This document shows positions 19,401-29,450 of a stretch of DNA of 64,000 nucleotides, in pieces (the stretch's first letter is position 1; the number at the start of each line of letters is the position of its first letter). The position numbers were made by a program, and so were the translations under genes. The DNA comes from a virus. Its lineage: Duplodnaviria > Caudoviricetes. Location: positions 427 through 64,426 of IMG/VR virus record IMGVR_UViG_3300037114_000073. The stretch is one strand, 5' to 3'. Below the pieces are notes generated by a model, which saw nothing but the letters and a program-made list of their open reading frames with translations, searched no databases and was not told the origin of the DNA.

Positions 19401-21147
19401 CTGGTGCTGATGGGAATAATCCAAACAACGGATTCTGTTCTTCAATTACATACACTCCTAGATTTACATCTGTAATTACCCATGTTATGCTTCCAGACGC
19501 AACTAGGTTTTGATTGCCGTAGGTCGCCGTCTGGGTCATGTTTGTATATGGCCGAGTGTACCTAGTTGGAGCTCCGGCACCGATCCACGTCTGTAATAGG
19601 TACTGATGATTTGCTTGGGTTACTACTGGCTGTCCTACAAACTGTCCATTGTAGATTGGCTGAATAACTAATCCAGCTGCTCCTGATGCGGTAACGAATA
19701 CTGCATTCGATCCAAATGTTATTGTTCCTGAATCTGTTGCTGGACCATATGCTGCGGCATAAGTAAATGATCCTTGGGCAGTAATAACGTAATTACCGGT
19801 ATTCTGTGCTATTCCTACTACAGTCTGTTGTGTTCCATTTAAGAAACTAGCTCCTCCGAAACTAGCACAACTCATTACATATCCGGGCTGTAAATTCGTT
19901 GGAGCTATTCCATTAATTTGTAGCTGGACTAGATTGGTATTTCCTTGTGTGATAGTTACTGATACTACTGTAAACGTTCCAATATTTGATTGGCCTGTGA
20001 TACCAAATCCTGCCAAACAATTTCCTGGAGTAAAACCGGATGAGCCGAATATAGCTCCTATTAAACCTCCACCACCACTTGCTGTATCATTGAATGTAAT
20101 TGAACCATGCTGTAGATTTATTCCACCACCTAGTTCTAATCCATTCTGTGCTTGTATAAATGTGGCATTTACTTGTGGCACATATACTGCTAATGGTGAT
20201 CCTTTCTGTACTACGTTTAAAGCACCTAAAGCATTACCATTACCATCTGCTAGACTAATTACATTTTCTGGATCATTTACTATCCACGTTCCTTGTGCAA
20301 ATGTACTTTCAGTCCAATCATCCTGTAAAAGTATATCTGATGTTCCTTGGAATACTTGATGCTTTAACTGAAAGTTACTTGTGAATCCATCTCCAACAAA
20401 ATAATCAACGCAATTCGTTTGTGGTTCAACATCTCCGATAACTATACAATCATTTACTGGAGGTACGGTAACTACACCCGTGGACATCTGTGCTGGGCTT
20501 ATTTGGCTCTCTAGCTGCGTTTGCTCATTATAAGCAATTCCAAGCGGTGCATCTCCGAATGGTTGATAAATAAACTTTTTATTTATTACCTTGTAATGAT
20601 AACGATTTGCATCTGCAAATGTTTTAGCTATATCTGACCATGTCTGAGTAGGATCATACTGATAATATGGAATGAGTGTACCACTAGCGGCTAGAGAAGT
20701 TGTATCTAAAAATCCAGGATTTAATGCTTGAGCTATTGCTCCTAGGATTTGTGAATCTGTTTGATTTACGAATGCTGGTATATAGGATACAACTTGGGAA
20801 TTAAGTATCCATTCTTCAGAGGTTACTTGTACATTGTAATTGTACTGTGCTTTCTTAGAATTGGCAGCTGTAGCAGCTAAGCCTAAATATACTCTTTCTG
20901 GTTCTGTAGTTACTACTCCTGTAGCTAATATTTTCCCTGATCCATATCCTCCATTTAGAGCATACACTTCACTTTGAATCGTTACGTATGTTCCTCGTTT
21001 CGGTGAAACAAAAGTATTATCAACGGGGGAGAGCTGGAAAGTTATTAGCGTAGGAACATTTAACGAATCTTCTATTGTTACAGAGCCCGTGACAACGTGG
21101 CGAGTGTAATCAACCGTTCCTGCTGTCGTCGTAAAAAGGATCTTCAT
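16477..21147 (-). CDS. Large tail tip / host-specificity protein
   Basis: 1556 aa, beta-rich, immediately after the tape measure gene. Confidence 0.75.
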   Translation of the reverse strand: MKILFTTTAGTVDYTRHVVTGSVTIEDSLNVPTLITFQLSPVDNTFVSPKRGTYVTIQSEVYALNGGYGSGKILATGVVTTEPERVYLGLAATAANSKKAQYNYNVQVTSEEWILNSQVVSYIPAFVNQTDSQILGAIAQALNPGFLDTTSLAASGTLIPYYQYDPTQTWSDIAKTFADANRYHYKVINKKFIYQPFGDAPLGIAYNEQTQLESQISPAQMSTGVVTVPPVNDCIVIGDVEPQTNCVDYFVGDGFTSNFQLKHQVFQGTSDILLQDDWTESTFAQGTWIVNDPENVISLADGNGNALGALNVVQKGSPLAVYVPQVNATFIQAQNGLELGGGINLQHGSITFNDTASGGGGLIGAIFGSSGFTPGNCLAGFGITGQSNIGTFTVVSVTITQGNTNLVQLQINGIAPTNLQPGYVMSCASFGGASFLNGTQQTVVGIAQNTGNYVITAQGSFTYAAAYGPATDSGTITFGSNAVFVTASGAAGLVIQPIYNGQFVGQPVVTQANHQYLLQTWIGAGAPTRYTRPYTNMTQTATYGNQNLVASGSITWVITDVNLGVYVIEEQNPLFGLFPSAPAPIITQYTQYNASLPPFALYCLLNGIDLNVSINYTLLSLPPQGYLTVRSLTGASGGNLPWLPSQLSPAIVYQLGEGQDNQTAQISAQGEAYALGFYTDDIPAVGSRIAFQSWAAGQSVARVQDLVAISNEASITGDNGIRSAIMNNLSPLPRTSAECEAAAGAAILDREYPQFQGTYTVETIPYKFENLFSPSMYNYPMAGRFLYINAPTRGVTGQNFASNTVRVQILEMKQEVLSIGIDYGPDLYLEKLLPAFLERDQNVLTPTQTVAPPNPITLEQVLNYYLPTLDNAVVTSVVNSATGNYISVSLGTLPITGCEVRSVDSGWGIADQGRIGFFTSSTFTLPRTVRDQTWYLRAVNGPYVSRFSKALRVVYPLIPAAPALVSFNSTDIVLDFAGDVRDIYGLEVRALAGTGNLNNFFIEIPDANPVYNVTAFGRSQQPLPAPATPFADFSCSQFQILPNTTNGLSPVFEVGDIISEICYSDNSFNGFKIVTSVGTSPNSNGVTFGSVISPGTYSTEDSYLLSYPTNIGPTKVPIGFQYLTVGTAQLVSRGAGYVNAASGSFVNNVATVVTQTAHNLGIGQLAVINAAMALNGLTENPYPAGFGFVPANGSFFCGTWQVLSVVSSTIFTFYIPNALLPGGGINVSIEGGVPVTTPFSCSNVPLNGLVAGIPTTIAFSAFLPDAPPGTLIQRTVTAPSDLVIDLTQSNLADALSLLEAANGGSRIAGLAAYFFNLTWDYSLATIIPSFNVPAITGLTVIPVYQGIAWQLLTGSPNGHRVETLDVNSGVTYSKYTIDHPNNPQILLQANLPPSDYLNPRLIKVTPFDALGDGVPSFVVWPGVSGAVSGAPNIASYTIGSTYNGLMATGTAMARIPFDQVVQFYNSFVPSQAYLESAPTSTYTFTIYQRLKGSLTDTAIGTITFPAGSNVGAFTSNFATSIVFHVGDLVKVVSQNSLDTNAGNFGMTLSGTKYYGT

Positions 21148-24100
21148 TACGGTGTTTCTCTACGGAAGTTACCACTACCATATCTACCACGAGTCTGATA
21201 TACCTGATTAAGCATTGATTCTAAAACTGGAGATCCAGTATTACTATTATTTACTGCCGATAGTGTATCCTGCAATGATTGCATATATTGCATCTCTAAC
21301 TGTATCTGACTTTGTCGTGCACTGATAACTGTCATTTCTAGACTAGCTCTTTGCTGGGTAATATTTAACAATGTCTGATGCGTTTGTACTAGATCTGATG
21401 TTGAACTAGACGTTGGTGGAGCACTTGTTCCCATCATCGTATTTAATGCACTAACAATTGGATTAGATAATACAGTTCCTTTAGTTGGCGGTAAGAGTAG
21501 CTCAGGACCATTTTCTCCAACCATAACTGGAGCTGTAATATCACCACCACTTGCAGCACCGGGAGGATTAGCTGCTTGGCTCTGCAACCAAGAAACCAAT
21601 CCAGTCATATCAAAGCCTTCAATTTCACCTTGCTGTACATACTGGGATGCGTCTGATGCTGCTGATGCATATTGTCCGGCTAAAATCATATTCGGAAAAT
21701 TAGGATCTAATCCTGCTACGTAAGATGCTGCACTAGCGTCTGTTGCTGGTATTGCAGACAACCAATTTGTAATTCCATACTGTCCTTGTGTAGCAGTAGG
21801 TGGAACATTTCCCGCTAATCCTAATTCCTGGAGCAGAGTATACATAATACCTGATTCAGTTGGCATTGCTCCTGAACTCATTAAATTTGTAATCGTTGCC
21901 GATAAAGCTCCACTAGACATACCTGATTGCAATGCAGTTACAACTTGTGCTAGAGCTTGGACTTGCAATATCTGGTAATTGGCTTGTTCTTCTTGTGCTT
22001 CTAATAATTGCGTTTCCAATCCAATTCTAGTAGTAGCTAATCCAAATATTTGCTGCTCTGATGCTACCTTATACTGCTGTAAGGATATTTCTTCATTGAT
22101 CTGCTCTAACTGCATATCTCTTTGATATCGTAACTGACCAATTTCTTGTCCTTTGGTCATTGCAGTTGTACGCTGTCTAGTTAATACACCTTGTGTCAAG
22201 ACATCGTATTCTTGCTGAGCTTCCTGATTTATTATCTGCTGTCTCTGGTATTCAAGATTAATTAGAGTCAACGCATCTTGAATTGCTTGCTGCTGTGCCT
22301 GGTTTAATTGCTGACTTAATGTTGTAACATATTGCTGTAGACTATCATTTAGATATTGATTAGCTGCTGCTACTTCCTGAGCGTTACCTTGAGCTGCAGA
22401 AGCGAATTGCTGATACTTCTGAATTATCTGATCCAATGACTGGAGATAGTCTTGGAATTGAATCGGATTTGACAATTCCATCAACGACGTACTTAGATTT
22501 TCAAGTATTACTGACTGCTGACTTACAAGTGCATTTATTTGTGTATCTATTTGTTCAATTACAGCCTGAGCTTGGCTTGGAGTATAACCTTTCTTAGCCC
22601 CTTTACCTCCACCTTTACCACCCTTTGGATTCTGGGATAATAATGCGATTGCTTGCTGACGTTCTTGGCGCAGATCAGAAATTGCTTGTGACATGGAAAT
22701 AGTTCCAGCCGCCATATCTGATACTATGGATTGCATTTGAGTCTGGATCTTATGAATGTCCTCTGTTAGACTTTTTGTTTTAGATCCAAATATTCCACCT
22801 AATGTTCCTCCGACTCCAGCTCCTATTAAAGCACCCCAAGGACCAAACATTGCTCCTTCTTGCATTCCTGATGCTGCTCCACTTAAGGCACCTGCTCCTC
22901 CGGATTTTCCACTAGTTACTCCTTTAACCATTCCCATTACACCTGATATAACAGATGTTAATGCAGTTTCAAATTGAGTTAATCTATCTGATAAAGGTTC
23001 TGTGGCTTTAAACAACCCTGTAAAAGACTGAGTAAGGCTTGTGATTATATTTGTAGGACCCGTAGCTGTAGCTGCACCACCTGTAGTAGCAGCTATATCA
23101 TTTTGTCTTACTGCTTCCTTATGCTGTTGCATTATAGCAGCATTATAATCAACTGACTTTGATATATCTTGACTTGCTCCTGCCATATTACCAAATAATT
23201 CTGATGCACCTGCTGCTGTTCTACTTCTTGGTATTGCACCAGCTAAGCCTGATATAGAACTAAATATTCCACCCAATGGCCGGCTCATATTTTGTGACTT
23301 AATAAGTTCAAGATTTAACTTTTGTATCTCTAACGTAGTCTTTTCTATGTCTTCTTGCAACTTCAACCAATCGTCAGATCCCTTCTTCGGTGTCTGTTGC
23401 ATTAAATCATTAAGATGTTGCTGAGCTAATCCTAATAACTGTTGTCTAGCACCAGTTTCTACTCCTGCTGATCTTCCTGTTATATCTCCCTGGGCAATAT
23501 TTACTTGTGTCTGATATGGTCTTGTACTTAACTGGTATTTGGTTTGCAGGGTCTTTAATTTTATTTCATCCTGTTGCCCCATTAATAACGTTACTTGTTT
23601 CTCACCATTAATTTTTGCTTCTGCAATCTGACTATTTATCTTAGCTGTTTCTGCTGCATTATTTTTAGCTGCTCCCAACTGATCTTGAAGTCCTGTTACT
23701 GTAATTTGAGTTTCTTGGTTAATTAAATCTCTACGTTGCTGTAGATAATCATCTGCTCCAACTAACCCTTGTTTAAATTCCTGTTCTAATATCTGTAATC
23801 GTTCTTGTACACCATCTTTAGCTATCTTTGATAATGCATCAACATAAGTGCGATAAGCTGCTTCTTTATCTGCTGCCGATTGTTTATCTAATCCGGCACC
23901 CTTTTGTTGATAAGCTGTATTCTCAGAAACAAATTTTTGTTGTGCTCCTAGATTAGCAACGTCAACTTGCTTTTTAATTATGTCAGCTGGAGTTCCGGAT
24001 TCTTTACCTTGTACACGTATACTTTTAATCTTAGCATCTCGTTCTTCTTCTATATCTCTAATCTTAGCTTCATGTTCAGCTTTGTTTATTGCTCTTTGTT

Positions 24101-25943
24101 TTGTGACTTCAGTATATAGATCTATCGTTCCAGCTTCATATGCAGCTTTAGTAGCATCTTCTTGCTTCTTTAAATACTCCAATGCCATTTCATATTTAAT
24201 TTGAGCAGTTTCCTTAGCTATCTGTAACTCTAATTGCTGACGTTGTTTCGTAGCAGATGGATTAAAGTTTACATCTTGCTGAGGGCCTGCTTTTTCTGGT
24301 TTTCCCTTATTTAATCCATAACCTTCTCTTATAACTCCAGCTACATCTGCTCCATATTGCAAACGAGAATCAGCTATTTTGGTATCAATGGAATCAAATA
24401 TAGCTTTGGCAGCAGAAAACTTACCTTTTGCAACTGCTTCTGCTATATCACCAGCTGCACTAATATGGATAGCTGCTTCATTAGCATACTGGGATAGAGT
24501 TAAAAATCCTAACGATAAATCCATAATAAGTTCTTTAAACGGACTTATCTTTTTCTGTGCTTGTTCAACACTAGACGCTACACCTGTAAGTGCATCTACT
24601 ACCTGGAAGAAAGCAGTAACTGATGTCTTTAAAAGATTAAATGTTGAAATTATTAAATTTAACCCCGGCATTACTAAATCTAATGCATCACCTATTCTTG
24701 ATCCTATGAATTCGGCAAATTCTGATAGTATTGGTGTAAGCTTTGTTAGAACTCCAGACAACTCTGAAATAACATTTTTAAATCCATCAGTTCGTGTAAT
24801 AGATACAGCCATATCATCAATAACATTTTTCTGTACAGTTAACCACTGTTTAAATAATTCTGGTAATGTAGCTGCTGGAGTTCCTATTGCTTTTTCTCTG
24901 GCTTCAAGTGCAGCTAAGACTTGATTAAACTGGAGTGTATTTCTTGTGGTTGCATCCATCGCGGAACTCACTCCCTTTAATTGCAGTTCTTGACGAGTGA
25001 GTCCTGTTACCATCGCTAATACTTGAGCACGTCCAGTTTTAGATGCTCGTTCTAATGCAGCCATTGCTGTCGGTGCATCTTTACCTTGAGCTCTTGCTAA
25101 ATTTACTGTTGCTGCCACTAACCGTACTATCGAATCATTGCTTACTTTTAATCCTTGTTGCATGTAATTATTTGCTATGCGATACAAGGATACGTCATCA
25201 GCCAATCCACGTGTTGCTGTTCTAAGCTTATTAAGATAATCAGACGGATCAGTACCGGATCTAGCAGTTAATTTTTCAAACTGTTCTCTTAACTGTACAG
25301 CTGGACCAGTAGCATCTAATAATGCTTGCCCTAGAGAATGTATTTTCTGGCCAGCTGAATCTAATAACTTAATAGCACCTTCTCCGATTAATCCTCCAGT
25401 TAATACTCCTCCTGCTATACTTCCTAACATTCCACCACCAGCAATTCCACTTACGAATCTACCTATACCTCCCATTAATCCACTACCACCACCGCTACCA
25501 GATTGGGCTTTCTGCTGGCGAAGTTGTTCTTGTGTCTGACGTTGCTGGAATGCATACTGCTGTTGGGCTAGACGTAATTTCTCTTGTTCTAATCGTACAG
25601 TTCCTTGTGCTAATACTTGTTGCTTTTTAACTTCTGTGGTCTCGAGTACTCTCTGCTGAATGGTGGTGCGAATAGCTTCTTGCTGCTGTTTCTGCCATAC
25701 CGCTTTTGCTCGATCTACTTCTTGTAATACTTTCGCTTCTGCTTGTAAACGTTTCTGGTCTGCTATCTGCTGTCTGGTTAAATCAATTGATTCTTTCTGT
25801 GTTGCTTTTTGCTGAGCAGCATCTCGTTTTGCCGCTTCATTGACTGTATTTAACTGGGATTTGATTTCATTAATGGCAGTTTTCCAATCGGACGTAGAAA
25901 TTCCGAGCTTGATCAGAAGTTTCTTAATTGGTTCATCTGCCAT
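21147..25943 (-). CDS. Tail tape measure protein
   Basis: 1598 aa, helical Q/A-rich, Gly-rich hydrophobic segments, C-terminal ASGG..VGENGPEL motif. Confidence 0.92.
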   Translation of the reverse strand: MADEPIKKLLIKLGISTSDWKTAINEIKSQLNTVNEAAKRDAAQQKATQKESIDLTRQQIADQKRLQAEAKVLQEVDRAKAVWQKQQQEAIRTTIQQRVLETTEVKKQQVLAQGTVRLEQEKLRLAQQQYAFQQRQTQEQLRQQKAQSGSGGGSGLMGGIGRFVSGIAGGGMLGSIAGGVLTGGLIGEGAIKLLDSAGQKIHSLGQALLDATGPAVQLREQFEKLTARSGTDPSDYLNKLRTATRGLADDVSLYRIANNYMQQGLKVSNDSIVRLVAATVNLARAQGKDAPTAMAALERASKTGRAQVLAMVTGLTRQELQLKGVSSAMDATTRNTLQFNQVLAALEAREKAIGTPAATLPELFKQWLTVQKNVIDDMAVSITRTDGFKNVISELSGVLTKLTPILSEFAEFIGSRIGDALDLVMPGLNLIISTFNLLKTSVTAFFQVVDALTGVASSVEQAQKKISPFKELIMDLSLGFLTLSQYANEAAIHISAAGDIAEAVAKGKFSAAKAIFDSIDTKIADSRLQYGADVAGVIREGYGLNKGKPEKAGPQQDVNFNPSATKQRQQLELQIAKETAQIKYEMALEYLKKQEDATKAAYEAGTIDLYTEVTKQRAINKAEHEAKIRDIEEERDAKIKSIRVQGKESGTPADIIKKQVDVANLGAQQKFVSENTAYQQKGAGLDKQSAADKEAAYRTYVDALSKIAKDGVQERLQILEQEFKQGLVGADDYLQQRRDLINQETQITVTGLQDQLGAAKNNAAETAKINSQIAEAKINGEKQVTLLMGQQDEIKLKTLQTKYQLSTRPYQTQVNIAQGDITGRSAGVETGARQQLLGLAQQHLNDLMQQTPKKGSDDWLKLQEDIEKTTLEIQKLNLELIKSQNMSRPLGGIFSSISGLAGAIPRSRTAAGASELFGNMAGASQDISKSVDYNAAIMQQHKEAVRQNDIAATTGGAATATGPTNIITSLTQSFTGLFKATEPLSDRLTQFETALTSVISGVMGMVKGVTSGKSGGAGALSGAASGMQEGAMFGPWGALIGAGVGGTLGGIFGSKTKSLTEDIHKIQTQMQSIVSDMAAGTISMSQAISDLRQERQQAIALLSQNPKGGKGGGKGAKKGYTPSQAQAVIEQIDTQINALVSQQSVILENLSTSLMELSNPIQFQDYLQSLDQIIQKYQQFASAAQGNAQEVAAANQYLNDSLQQYVTTLSQQLNQAQQQAIQDALTLINLEYQRQQIINQEAQQEYDVLTQGVLTRQRTTAMTKGQEIGQLRYQRDMQLEQINEEISLQQYKVASEQQIFGLATTRIGLETQLLEAQEEQANYQILQVQALAQVVTALQSGMSSGALSATITNLMSSGAMPTESGIMYTLLQELGLAGNVPPTATQGQYGITNWLSAIPATDASAASYVAGLDPNFPNMILAGQYASAASDASQYVQQGEIEGFDMTGLVSWLQSQAANPPGAASGGDITAPVMVGENGPELLLPPTKGTVLSNPIVSALNTMMGTSAPPTSSSTSDLVQTHQTLLNITQQRASLEMTVISARQSQIQLEMQYMQSLQDTLSAVNNSNTGSPVLESMLNQVYQTRGRYGSGNFRRETP

Positions 25944-25946
25944 TTA

Positions 25947-26309
25947 TCACCGCCTAATCCCGTAAGCTTGTCTTATTTGATTCGACATATCACTCTCATC
26001 GCGTATTTTACTTATACCTGTTGGCATAGGAATGCCCAGACGTCTTTCAAAATAACCTCTGGCTTCTTCTCCCTTTACTTTACTAAGATCAATCTCTCCG
26101 TCCTCGTTAAAAAAGTGCTCAGGCATACCCTCTGGTCCGATGTCATCAGCACTGTACTTATTACCTTTCCTTCCCTTTTTCTTTTTAGCCGGCATGTCTT
26201 TTTGTAAGTTATGGTGCATTTCCTGACTACGCCATGCCATTAATACTAATTCTGACTTCGTAAATCTTTCCTCTATTTCTCGTAAGGGCATATGAAACGT
26301 CTCTATCAA
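25947..26309 (-). CDS. Tail assembly chaperone, gpT-like part reached by -1 frameshift
   Basis: Open in the -1 frame from the slippery site; weak TTG start of its own. Confidence 0.75.
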   Translation of the reverse strand: MIETFHMPLREIEERFTKSELVLMAWRSQEMHHNLQKDMPAKKKKGRKGNKYSADDIGPEGMPEHFFNEDGEIDLSKVKGEEARGYFERRLGIPMPTGISKIRDESDMSNQIRQAYGIRR

Positions 26310-27064
26310 CGAGCTTGCTGCTGCAACGTTTGGAAGGATAGACCGCCCAGCATCGTCTGGGTCGTCTGGCCACTTGACGAGAGTTTGGAGAAAAAATCCT
26401 TTAACCGATTTACCATTATCTGTGCTTCAATAATGTTCCACTGACGCATAGATGAAATATTACCTTGCACCCACGTGCGATTTATATCTTTACGCTTATC
26501 AAATGGATTTAATACAATGACTGTAGCATCAGCCATCATATCTGGAGCTTCATCAAATAATTCTAAGAAAGCGTGTACTTTCTTTTCAAATGGCTGATCT
26601 ATTTCTGACTGGGAGAAAGCTTGGAGTGCTCCAATTTTAGTTAGGATTGTTTCTTTGAACTGACGGTAGAATTTCTTTTCAGCAGCTTGTGGTAATTCGC
26701 GTAGAGTAAAAACTTCTGATTTTTCTTCGTCTTTGTCATTTACATAATCTACCTTAACTGTAAAGGTAGCATATTCTTGAGATAGCAATTGCTGAATATC
26801 ATCATGTGATGGAGGTTTCTGTTGTTCTTTCCATTCATTGAATACCTTTTGAATTCCTTCATTTGCTATCTTTTCTGAATCTTTTCTGACTTGATCTAAT
26901 TCTGTATTCTTCCATATCTTTAAAATTTCTTCGTATTCACCTCTTATTGCTACCCTTAGCTGTCTTTCAAGTATTGATCGATTCATCCAGTCTGCTGGTT
27001 GTGCATCTTTAGGAACATCAAGCGGGACCTCTACTTCTTTCGTTTCCTGTTTCTCGTCTGCCAT
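26306..27064 (-). CDS. Tail assembly chaperone (gpG-like)
   Basis: Between major tail and tape measure genes; slippery site near 3' end. Confidence 0.75.
   Translation of the reverse strand: MADEKQETKEVEVPLDVPKDAQPADWMNRSILERQLRVAIRGEYEEILKIWKNTELDQVRKDSEKIANEGIQKVFNEWKEQQKPPSHDDIQQLLSQEYATFTVKVDYVNDKDEEKSEVFTLRELPQAAEKKFYRQFKETILTKIGALQAFSQSEIDQPFEKKVHAFLELFDEAPDMMADATVIVLNPFDKRKDINRTWVQGNISSMRQWNIIEAQIMVNRLKDFFSKLSSSGQTTQTMLGGLSFQTLQQQAR
26390..26396 (-). other. Programmed -1 ribosomal frameshift site T TTT TTC
   Basis: GAT TTT TTC; the -1 frame runs without stop into LIETFHMPLR. Confidence 0.8.
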
Positions 27065-27112
27065 GTTTATCTCCCTTTATCATTTTACTAATCTTTATAC
27101 TTCGATTTAAAC

Positions 27113-27185
27113 CTGGGTAGGAGTGGGCCAACCCTCATTAACCCACTCCATCCAGATTATGTTGCACCCCATACACCGTGCAACA
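27113..27185 (-). terminator. Two tandem hairpins after the major tail gene
   Basis: TGTTGCAC..GTGCAACA and CTGG..GGAGTGGG..CCCACTCC..CCAG stems. Confidence 0.55.
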
Positions 27186-27191
27186 ATATTA

Positions 27192-28307
27192 CTAAATTGC
27201 AGCTGCTTCAAAACCTCGGAAGTAGTATGCTTTGTATGCTACAACTGTTTCACCGTCTAGTGGATCATCAAATGCTAGTGCATTGAATTGAGCATCCAAC
27301 TGAAATCCGCTCTCATCGGTGGTACCAGCATTTTCAATCGTCCACGCTGCGGCTACATCTTTATTCTGTGCAATAGACAAGTGCGGATAATAAATAACCA
27401 ACTGCGCACCGTCTACTGTGTTACACATCATTAACCCAGTCCATTCGCCGATAAACGTTCCACCTTCTCTAGCGGCGAATCCCTTAATTGCTTGACACCG
27501 AACTTGTGGACTAATAAAGCTTGTAAATGTAGTCCCTGTAAAATTCGGAGTAGGATTACCTGATCCTCCACCAACAAATGGCTGGTCGAGGGTTAATACG
27601 TTGGCATTAATTGCTGTTACTCTAGCTACAAAATCTGAATTCTTTCTTATATAATCAACGTCTGTTATTGCCCCTTGATAAACGTTGACACCTGCGTCAC
27701 CGACTGCCCCTCCGAACTGTCCTGGTACGTAATCCTGATCAGCTACGATATAACTTCCAACACTGATCTGGGCAGCTGATGCAGAAGTGACTGTTAACGT
27801 TGGAGCTGTGTTTTGTGGTGCGTTCCAGGCTACGGGTGATCCTGGAGAGTAATTTGTTACAGTAGTAGATGCTGCACCTGATGCTGACAACGGTCCAGCT
27901 GTTCCACCACTTAGTCCAGTAGCAGCGAATAGATTCATTACGTTTGAACCGGTAGCTAAACGATACTGCATTCTACCGTACTCATTAAACTGACATTCAA
28001 ACGATTCTGCTACTTGACCTCTGTACTGCGCTCTGATTGCACCACGATAACCTGAAGCTACTTGACCAATCTTACTTCCGACTGTTAGCTTAAAGTTTTT
28101 AATCCATCCAAGATCTGCCAATCCAAACGGCGGATAGTAGGAATCAAATGGACCCTGTGTTAAATCTACGATTGTAGGACCTGACACCGTACTAGCTACT
28201 GCTGAACCTAATGCAATATTGTACGGTGCAAAGTAAGCTCGCCATCCAGCTCCGACTACTAATTTATTCTTTCTGAACGGTTGTTGCAAACTCTTTGGAA
28301 AACTCAT
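27192..28307 (-). CDS. Major tail (tube) protein with inserted domain
   Basis: Synteny, DLGW motif, strong RBS, S/T-rich insertion. Confidence 0.7.
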   Translation of the reverse strand: MSFPKSLQQPFRKNKLVVGAGWRAYFAPYNIALGSAVASTVSGPTIVDLTQGPFDSYYPPFGLADLGWIKNFKLTVGSKIGQVASGYRGAIRAQYRGQVAESFECQFNEYGRMQYRLATGSNVMNLFAATGLSGGTAGPLSASGAASTTVTNYSPGSPVAWNAPQNTAPTLTVTSASAAQISVGSYIVADQDYVPGQFGGAVGDAGVNVYQGAITDVDYIRKNSDFVARVTAINANVLTLDQPFVGGGSGNPTPNFTGTTFTSFISPQVRCQAIKGFAAREGGTFIGEWTGLMMCNTVDGAQLVIYYPHLSIAQNKDVAAAWTIENAGTTDESGFQLDAQFNALAFDDPLDGETVVAYKAYYFRGFEAAAI

Positions 28308-28417
28308 TGTGTCTCCTTTTCGTCACTTTACGTGACTGGGAAAGAGCTGCTTCTTTACGATGCAGTCTCATTTATATATCCATCTTAATAATCTGAGTTT
28401 TCCATACTACATTATTC

Positions 28418-28942
28418 TTAACTGGTAATAGGATCTGTCATATCTACTAATCTTGTTGCTCCGGCTCCATATATTAATCCTGACGGTGTATCTAGTTTAG
28501 AATGAAATTCTATCGGCTTCCATAAAATAAATTCTACTGGATTTTCTGGTGCTGATATCCAATTTCCATTTCCATCTAATGACCAAGTAAACTTTTCGGC
28601 AAAGTTTGGATAAGAACCGTACAATAACTCACCTTTCATTTGCAATGAAGTACGAAATTTAGTTCCGCGATTTGCTTGCCTTATTCCTGGTGTTAAATCT
28701 GTTCCTTGGTTTATCCATACCCACTGTACATTACGAAATAACACTGGTGTTTGTGCTGAATAAAAATTATGCCCTAATGGAGTATCTGCTAAATCTAAAA
28801 GATAAAATGCATCAAATTTAATATTCTTACTAGGCCAATCTTGAGCTGCTAATAATCCTGCTACTACACGAGCAGGATTCATTATTAAAATCCTAGCTTT
28901 TACATATTGGTAGTAGCTATCTATGGAATCACTATAACTCAC
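28418..28942 (-). CDS. Putative tail terminator protein
   Basis: Size and position upstream of the major tail gene. Confidence 0.45.
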   Translation of the reverse strand: MSYSDSIDSYYQYVKARILIMNPARVVAGLLAAQDWPSKNIKFDAFYLLDLADTPLGHNFYSAQTPVLFRNVQWVWINQGTDLTPGIRQANRGTKFRTSLQMKGELLYGSYPNFAEKFTWSLDGNGNWISAPENPVEFILWKPIEFHSKLDTPSGLIYGAGATRLVDMTDPITS

Positions 28943-29436
28943 ATCTGCCTCGTAGCGTAGAGGTTTCTAAGTACGGCAAACTTTTCTTCCCCAAAAAATA
29001 ATGTTAACTTATCTTTATCTTCTGGTGTAGGAGGTTCCATAAGTAAACCGTAGAACAAAAATCCGTACCACATTCCTGGGTCTACTTTCATTCCTTTCCA
29101 GCTTCTACATTCCATTGTAAATGTAGCACCTAGAAAATCCTTTACTCCACGAAAGTCAGCATCGCAGAGACTAGCATCTTTAAAATTAGCTCTATGTAGA
29201 TTTGATCCTGACCAATGGGAGAACATTAATTCTGCTCCCTCGAACTGAGCAAACTTACAATTAGTATCCTTGAAATTAGCATATGGACATGAAGCTGAAC
29301 GAAAGTCAGCTTTACTTAAATCCATTCCAGTGAAATCAGCCCCATGTAACTTTAATCCTCTAAAATTAGCTGGTCTTCCACTTTTTTCTGCTACTTCACA
29401 GATAGCATTAAGCTGTTCACGGGTCCATTGTGCCAT
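28939..29436 (-). CDS. Pentapeptide repeat protein
   Basis: ANFRG, ADFTG, ADFRS, ANFKD, AQFEG, ADFRG repeats; likely start MAQW. Confidence 0.85.
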   Translation of the reverse strand: MAQWTREQLNAICEVAEKSGRPANFRGLKLHGADFTGMDLSKADFRSASCPYANFKDTNCKFAQFEGAELMFSHWSGSNLHRANFKDASLCDADFRGVKDFLGATFTMECRSWKGMKVDPGMWYGFLFYGLLMEPPTPEDKDKLTLFFGEEKFAVLRNLYATRQM

Positions 29437-29450
29437 AAAATCATTCCTCT

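Noticed and set aside
15328-21147. Diversity-generating retroelement target in tail genes
   Set aside because: No reverse transcriptase or TR/VR pair seen in the window
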